Origin: a virus
Lineage: Duplodnaviria; Caudoviricetes
Virus record (IMG/VR): IMGVR_UViG_3300047279_000007
Coordinates: 1-29,758 of that record
Direction: 5' to 3' (one strand)
DNA length: 29,758 bases
Shown: one piece after another, positions 24,766 to 29,758 of the stretch
Layout of the letters: each line of letters starts with the position of its first letter
Numbering within the stretch: position 1 is the stretch's first letter
Translations under genes and position numbers: made by a program
Notes under the pieces: generated by a model
Database searches by the model: none
Told to the model about the DNA's origin: nothing
Seen by the model: only the letters and a program-made list of their open reading frames with translations

Positions 24766-25210
24766 TTACCAACTCCCTCATTTCGTTATAGCTGGTGATA
24801 CAGGCGTTAAGTTGGAGGATTGCTGAGTCTCCTTCTGCAACGATGGCTGCAATAGCTGCGAGAGTCTGTCGGTCAGATTCGCTTGTCTCGGTGTCCCGAT
24901 CTGCGCTGGCAGGGGCGGCACTTGTGGAGGGTTGTACGCAACTTGAGGGGAGGCGCACCCGACCAGCACGAATGGCACGATCAAGGGCAGTAGTCTTTTG
25001 GGAAAGGGCATCATTGGCCTCCTGTAACTTGTTGGTTTGTGCAATTACCTTAGAAGTCATGTTGCGCTCAACTTCACGGGCTTCCTCATTTTTCTTGGCA
25101 ATTTCAATTTGCATCTCAGCGTCACGCTCAAGCCATCCTTCATGATGGCCGTAAAAGTAAACACCCACAGCAGTTGCAATAGCGCCTAAAATTAACCAAG
25201 GATTTATCAT
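24752..25210 (-). CDS. Rz-like inner-membrane spanin
   Basis: N-terminal TM helix, periplasmic coiled coil, LNACI near the C-terminus. Confidence 0.8.
   Translation of the reverse strand: MINPWLILGAIATAVGVYFYGHHEGWLERDAEMQIEIAKKNEEAREVERNMTSKVIAQTNKLQEANDALSQKTTALDRAIRAGRVRLPSSCVQPSTSAAPASADRDTETSESDRQTLAAIAAIVAEGDSAILQLNACITSYNEMRELVNGKR
24778..25014 (-). CDS. Rz1-like outer-membrane lipoprotein spanin nested in Rz
   Basis: Alternate frame; signal peptide KRLLPLIVPFVLVG-C and Pro-rich mature part. Confidence 0.75.
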   Translation of the reverse strand: MMPFPKRLLPLIVPFVLVGCASPQVAYNPPQVPPLPAQIGTPRQANLTDRLSQLLQPSLQKETQQSSNLTPVSPAITK

Positions 25211-25734
25211 GATTCATGCCTTGCGATTGCCCGCTCCATTGCAATATCCTCACGTTCAGGGTGTAAGTGATCCGCACCCGTCACAGGCGGTGGGCCAGGC
25301 GTCCAAGATTCGTCCAAAGCGGGATTTACCCACACAGGCATCTGTCCAAAAGGTTGACCAGCAACTACTGGTGATGCACCGTAAGCAGTTGGTGTTGGTG
25401 GGCATGGACTTGCGCTGCCACCTGATTGATATGTTTGTGTAGGGTTGGTAATTGCACCAACAGCCCTTTTGCCCACAATGCCACCAATACCGCCCACAAT
25501 CAACAACACAATGTCGTTGAGCATCTTGGTATAGGCTTGGTCAATTGGGGCCATGCTCTTGATTGGCTGAGTAACAAACGTCACCGAGTACAGCAAAGCA
25601 AACACAATCCCAAACAAAATGACCGTAATCATGATAACCACAAAGCCCCAAATGCGAACCTCAATTTCGTCCGCATTTAGTTTGTGTTGAGGATCACTTC
25701 TGGATATTTGTGTCAGGAACTTGAGGGGATTCAA
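25207..25734 (-). CDS. Two-TM membrane protein (holin-like) with Pro-rich tail
   Basis: TTG start after GGAG; TM1 IWGFVVIMITVILFGIVFALLY, TM2 IVLLIVGGIGGIVG. Confidence 0.6.
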   Translation of the reverse strand: MNPLKFLTQISRSDPQHKLNADEIEVRIWGFVVIMITVILFGIVFALLYSVTFVTQPIKSMAPIDQAYTKMLNDIVLLIVGGIGGIVGKRAVGAITNPTQTYQSGGSASPCPPTPTAYGASPVVAGQPFGQMPVWVNPALDESWTPGPPPVTGADHLHPEREDIAMERAIARHES

Positions 25735-25915
25735 TTTTCTTCTCCAGAATAGGGGCGACAAGGTATTCAGGACACATCTGAGTAAACAAACAACGAGGCT
25801 TCTGACAATCAGGTTTGTAAAAGTTATCAGGATCCTGACATTTATATCGATACCTGTCTTGAAAACATCCTGACAAAAATAATCCAACAATTAAAGCCAG
25901 AATAATGTGTTTCAT
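25694..25915 (-). CDS. Cys-rich lipoprotein
   Basis: Lipobox LSG-C; DRYRYKCQDP...C..P.C.....CP. Confidence 0.7.
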   Translation of the reverse strand: MKHIILALIVGLFLSGCFQDRYRYKCQDPDNFYKPDCQKPRCLFTQMCPEYLVAPILEKKIESPQVPDTNIQK

Positions 25916-26418
25916 TGTTTTATGTGATGTGTAAAAAGTTCATTTTCAGCGGCTTGCCTTGCAATAATCGCTTCTTGCATTGTTGCGTAATATCCCAAAT
26001 GTTTTTGCTTGTAATTGTGAGTTATGCAAGCAGACCAAGGTTTTGAAATTAATCTTGATTCAAACCTAACACCACGGAAACCTGATGTATTTTGTTTTGT
26101 TCTAAAAATATTTTCACTATTTTGTTTTTGTGTTGCCAATCTCAAATTAATAGGTCTGTTATCTTCTTTGTCCCGATTAATATGGTCTATCTGCAATAAT
26201 GGTATTGCACCATAAACATACAACCACATCAACCTATGTGCGTAATAATCTTTTTGGTCAAGCCTTATTAAAATATATCCAATCTTTTGTTTTGAACCAG
26301 CTTGTTGACCTTTTTGCGCTTTTCCACCCATTGTGTTGCGCCAAATAAACATACCTTTTTCAGTATCTACCTCTAGCAATTCGCACAAACGCTCTCGTGA
26401 TAAACTAATTTCAGCCAT
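25912..26418 (-). mobile_element. Free-standing HNH homing endonuclease with AP2-like C-terminal domain
   Basis: YYAHRLMW, IDHINRDKEDNRPINLR, NTSGFRGV and HLGYY motifs; AT-rich relative to neighbours; AAAGGA RBS. Confidence 0.85.
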
Positions 26419-26447
26419 TTGATGTCCTTTCATCATTTAGGTTAGAG

Positions 26448-26508
26448 ATGCCAAGTAGTTAGAGCCACTTGGCATTTCGCATTTTACTCTTGCCAACTAT
26501 ATTAGCAA
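26448..26508 (-). promoter_or_regulatory. HNH cassette promoter and leader hairpin
   Basis: TTGCTA-N16-TAAAAT; hairpin ATGCCAAGTGG/CTACTTGGCAT whose loop CTCTAA recurs immediately downstream. Confidence 0.5.
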
Positions 26509-26558
26509 GTAATATCTTGACAGCCAGTTAGAAGTAACAATATCAGTAAATACTTCAT
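26502..26558 (-). pseudogene. Orphaned 5' end (signal peptide plus lipobox) of the lipoprotein gene
   Basis: ATGA-coupled MKYLLILLLLTGCQDITC*; GCQD parallels GCFQD-RYRY of the gene after the HNH. Confidence 0.65.
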
Positions 26559-26704
26559 AGCCCCAACATCCTCAAAAACTTGTTGACAATCTTGTCAGAC
26601 AGATCGTTAGGTAGGAAACGCAAGAAGCCAACAACGTACCAAGCCACGCACATACGGACAAAAATTTTGAGGAATAAGTCAAACTGTTTTTGGTACTCAT
26701 TCAC
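26555..26704 (-). CDS. 49-aa membrane protein
   Basis: Below ORF-track cutoff; GTGA-coupled; MNEYQKQFDLFLKIFVRMCVAWYVVGFLRFLPNDLSDKIVNKFLRMLGL. Confidence 0.6.
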   Translation of the reverse strand: MNEYQKQFDLFLKIFVRMCVAWYVVGFLRFLPNDLSDKIVNKFLRMLGL

Positions 26705-27201
26705 CGACCACACCTTCCATGTGAGCAAACATCTCTTAGTTCAGTCACAGCAAACACAATCAACGCAAGCAAGGCAACAACAGCAAGGCCACCGATAAGC
26801 CAAGCCATTTGTTCTTCTTCTTCAGCTTTTAGACGTTTTTCTTCAGCCCGTAATGCTGCCATTTCTTTGGCATCATCCCTGTCCATTTCAGCTTGGCGTG
26901 CCTTGATCTTGTTCCAAACGTCAATCTTGCCCGTTTGCATGAACAACATTTTTAGTTCTTCTTCAAATGCTCTGGCTTGTTCAAGTGCCATCTCAATTTG
27001 AAGGGCGGCTCCCATGTTGGAACCCTTCTTGTTGGACTTGGCCTGAAGCATGGCCTTTGTTGCTTGACTTTTAGCGTCAAACATTTTCCCAAGCATGGGC
27101 GCAAGACCGCCTAAGTCATTGGCGACCTTACTCGCCTTCTTGACCATGCTAATGGCACTTTGTAACCCTTCAAGTGCCGCTATTGGGTCAATAGGAATCA
27201 T
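26701..27201 (-). CDS. Helical protein with C-terminal TM anchor
   Basis: 166 aa; coiled coil followed by WLIGGLAVVALLALIVFAV. Confidence 0.65.
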   Translation of the reverse strand: MIPIDPIAALEGLQSAISMVKKASKVANDLGGLAPMLGKMFDAKSQATKAMLQAKSNKKGSNMGAALQIEMALEQARAFEEELKMLFMQTGKIDVWNKIKARQAEMDRDDAKEMAALRAEEKRLKAEEEEQMAWLIGGLAVVALLALIVFAVTELRDVCSHGRCGR

Positions 27202-27404
27202 CCCCTAGTCCACCAATGGCTGACGTAGCCCAAAAGTGTTGAAATAGCAGACACAAAAGCCATGCCCATCCAAAAGCCACCACGACCTTTGTTTGCCAAT
27301 TCAATAAGGGTTTCAAGTTGGGATTCCATCTTGTCAATCTTGGCTTCCATTGATTCAACTTTTTGCCAAAGAACCCCATATTTGACCAAATCAATGTCAG
27401 ACAT
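27198..27404 (-). CDS. Small coiled-coil plus C-terminal TM protein (holin/XhlA-like)
   Basis: 68 aa; heptad region then GGFWMGMAFVSAISTLLGYV; first gene after the tail module. Confidence 0.6.
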   Translation of the reverse strand: MSDIDLVKYGVLWQKVESMEAKIDKMESQLETLIELANKGRGGFWMGMAFVSAISTLLGYVSHWWTRG

Positions 27405-27423
27405 ATGTCAAATCTTTAAAATG

Positions 27424-27687
27424 TTATGGTGCATCAGGCTTTGGGTACTTTGCCTTAACAGCAAGACACGCATCAATGTATGCTTGAATTTGCGCTTGAT
27501 CGCCTTTTACTACGCCATCAATGTAATTGTTAATTGACGGATATTCTTTTGCCCTATCACGTTGATATTGCGTTCTAGCAAATTCGATTTGTTCCGTTGC
27601 GATAGTGGCTTCTAATGCTTGCCATTCCGCTTCTTCTTCAGAGGTGAATGGTACATTGCCTTCAGCAGTTGCGTGATAACGTGTCAT
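27424..27687 (-). CDS. Tail fibre assembly/chaperone-like protein
   Basis: FTSEEEAEW, QRDRAKEYP and VKAKYPKP motifs; directly after the fibre gene. Confidence 0.6.
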   Translation of the reverse strand: MTRYHATAEGNVPFTSEEEAEWQALEATIATEQIEFARTQYQRDRAKEYPSINNYIDGVVKGDQAQIQAYIDACLAVKAKYPKPDAP

Positions 27688-27688
27688 G

Positions 27689-28942
27689 TTATGCCTTTGC
27701 TATTCCGTAAAGTGTGAATGTTCCAGAGATTGTTCCAGAGCCTTGGTAAAACCTAATGCCTTGCACGGCTCCTGAATTATTCCAGCCATTGCTATAACCA
27801 GCCGTGCCGTTAATACCAGCCGTTCCTGAATTAAAACCAGAACCATTTGAAGTGCAAATCTTTCCAGCACCACTATTAGCGCCAATAATATTTACTATAA
27901 AGCCTCCATTTGAACTGGGGTCTGTATACGCATTAAATACACCACTGGTTCGAGTAGTTGTAGACCCAGATGCGCCAGCAACTAAAAAATAAGTTGATCC
28001 AGTATCGTATGCCCCACCAGTTTTAAATCTGATATTTCCTGTACTTGCTGCGCTGTTGGCAAAATTGTCAATGACAACCATATAGTTGTCATAGGTAGAG
28101 CTAAAACCTGTTTCCACATCAACAGTTGAAGCGCCACTTGCAGTGACAGTGGACAAATAAACCAAACCACTAGCGTTTGGAGTAGTCCAAGTAGGCGCTC
28201 CAGCGCCAGCAGAAGTCAGCACTTGTCCAGAAGTTCCAACAGCAGAATAAGCATGAGCTGTTCCAGTTCCGTAGCCCACCCCACCAGCCGTAGGAGTAGC
28301 CGTTGAATTAGTGCCACCATTTGCCACCGCCAAAGTGCCCGCAACAGTAACTGCGCCACTTGTTGCAGTTGATGGGGTTAACCCTGTGCTTCCAAATGTG
28401 ATACTTGAAACACCTAAAGCTACGGGAGGGGCATTGAGCAATTGAAACCGAGTTCCATCGTATTCAATTAAATAAATTTGACCACTTACAAGATCACCTG
28501 CAGCCAAAGCAGTTGATCCTGCTTTTGTGATGCTTTTAGCACCTAAACTGTTTAAATTGATTGTTGTTGCCCCCGTGTTTGTATTAGCCGCAACAAAAGA
28601 AAACAAATTTCCCGTGGCGTATGCACTAGGGGCGGGAGATAAAGAACCCGTCAATGTGTCTGTGCCTGAAACCGTTGCAATAGTGGTTGCACCAGCTTGC
28701 AACTGGCCATATTGAGCCGCATCCGTTGCCGCAGAACCCGCACCCAAACCTGTTACTTTAAACCCCCCCATTGGGATGTTTGCAGTAGGTGTAGTTTGGC
28801 CATCTTTGGTCAACGCAGTAGTTAAACCCGTAGCCAAATCAGCAGTCAGCAAATTAAATGCCGTGCTAGTGATCGTTGTGCCTGTAACAACGGGCTGACC
28901 CGCTGTGTTGATATTGAACGTGCCTGAACCGTTGTAACTCAT
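27689..28942 (-). CDS. Tail fibre protein
   Basis: 417 aa, G/T/A/S-rich; DGQTTPTANIPMGG, NTGATTIN, LAVANGGT and GTFTLYG modules; AAGGA RBS. Confidence 0.75.
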   Translation of the reverse strand: MSYNGSGTFNINTAGQPVVTGTTITSTAFNLLTADLATGLTTALTKDGQTTPTANIPMGGFKVTGLGAGSAATDAAQYGQLQAGATTIATVSGTDTLTGSLSPAPSAYATGNLFSFVAANTNTGATTINLNSLGAKSITKAGSTALAAGDLVSGQIYLIEYDGTRFQLLNAPPVALGVSSITFGSTGLTPSTATSGAVTVAGTLAVANGGTNSTATPTAGGVGYGTGTAHAYSAVGTSGQVLTSAGAGAPTWTTPNASGLVYLSTVTASGASTVDVETGFSSTYDNYMVVIDNFANSAASTGNIRFKTGGAYDTGSTYFLVAGASGSTTTRTSGVFNAYTDPSSNGGFIVNIIGANSGAGKICTSNGSGFNSGTAGINGTAGYSNGWNNSGAVQGIRFYQGSGTISGTFTLYGIAKA

Positions 28943-28951
28943 TTTGTATCC

Positions 28952-29758
28952 TTATCTGCCGTATTGGTCAAGGTTTTGGCCAATTATTGAGCCAGCACCA
29001 GTTTGCATTTGCGTTGATCGTTGGTTTAAAGCACGAATCAATGCCGCTGTGTTTTCAACTTCCATCTGCCCTGTTTGGCCACGCAATAACAACATTTTAG
29101 CTAGTTCATTGCGTGTTGTCTCAGGCATTTGGTTGATTACTTGGCCAATCCTGTTCTTGACATTTGCCGCCTCACCCGCAGCCGCCATTGGGTTGCCCGT
29201 AGCCACATTTGCCACCGCCTTACCCGCATTCATTGCGGTAGGCATCACGCCCAAATCTTCAGCGCCAGCCATCCTAGAGAAAGTCCCCGAGCCGCGACCA
29301 ACTTGCTCCAACGGTTTCAGTCGAGCTTCTTTGGCCACATCTTGAGCAAACTTTTGGTAGTTGTCGCCAAAAATCTCTTTCAGTCTGTTGCTAGTAGCGG
29401 GTTCTTTCCACATCTTCAGTAATGAAGTCTGACCCGCTTCTGTGCCAACTTTGTCCTTCAAAGACTGCAACGCGCCTATGCGGAAAGCCTCTAGTTCGCT
29501 CCCCGACATATTGCTCATCAAGTCAGACAATGCAATATCGTCTTGCTTCATGGCCGTTCTACCCTTGACCACGGCATTTCCAAGCTGTGATGGGCCAGCG
29601 TAAGCATCCAAGGCTTGACGGTAAATTGAACCATTTTTATCGGCAGGCGATAAGGCTTCAAGTTTCTTTGTCAACGCCACACGCAGATCGTCATATGCTC
29701 GGCTTGTGTTTGTCGCTTTGCCAAACTCACCACGGGCTGATTCGCCCAAGTCATAAAG
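28952..29758 (-). CDS. Internal virion/ejection protein, C-terminal part (runs off right edge)
   Basis: Frame open to the last base (LYDLGESARGEF...); helical and A/G-rich; lies upstream of the tail fibre. Confidence 0.65.
   Translation of the reverse strand, partial: LYDLGESARGEFGKATNTSRAYDDLRVALTKKLEALSPADKNGSIYRQALDAYAGPSQLGNAVVKGRTAMKQDDIALSDLMSNMSGSELEAFRIGALQSLKDKVGTEAGQTSLLKMWKEPATSNRLKEIFGDNYQKFAQDVAKEARLKPLEQVGRGSGTFSRMAGAEDLGVMPTAMNAGKAVANVATGNPMAAAGEAANVKNRIGQVINQMPETTRNELAKMLLLRGQTGQMEVENTAALIRALNQRSTQMQTGAGSIIGQNLDQYGR

Noticed and set aside
25735-25890. Upstream extension of the 227-aa ORF
   Set aside because: Overlaps the lipoprotein gene; the TTG at 25734 with a GGAG RBS is a better start.
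25850-26514. Group I intron carrying the HNH
   Set aside because: Too little non-coding sequence for a catalytic core, no P7 motifs seen, and the downstream gene has its own start and signal peptide.

Overview
The window is most of a tailed dsDNA phage genome with P22/lambdoid podovirus-like organisation. A freshwater betaproteobacterial host is a guess from gene content and is not verified. The minus strand carries a Cro-like HTH, a DUF1376-type replication initiator with internal iterons, a P-like loader, RusA, glutaredoxin, NinB and a DUF968-like nuclease, then a terminator. After the terminator come a cargo block (Dps-like protein, HDxxGH protein, PnuC/SemiSWEET-like membrane protein), TerS, TerL, portal, scaffold, major capsid, adaptor, tail hub, GNAT and ejection proteins. 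The plus strand carries early genes (ERF, YqaJ exonuclease, SSB-like, HTH). The right end holds an internal virion gene, tail fibre, an expanded membrane/lysis cassette with an HNH-AP2 endonuclease, nested Rz/Rz1 spanins and a GH19 endolysin. Both edges fall inside minus-strand internal-virion-type genes. No cI repressor, integrase, tRNA or CRISPR array was seen. The strongest novel signal is the 920-aa Q/N-rich ejection-type protein, whose Gly-rich N-arm repeats match an exact 18-aa helical array one-to-one in mirror order with apparent covariation, suggesting a ~57 nm antiparallel hairpin or tube with an S74-like C-terminal domain. Other highlights are an HNH cassette that appears to have split a lipoprotein gene and supplied a replacement signal peptide, three candidate structured RNAs, and several real-looking small genes missing from the ORF track. 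All family names come from motif recognition, not database searches.
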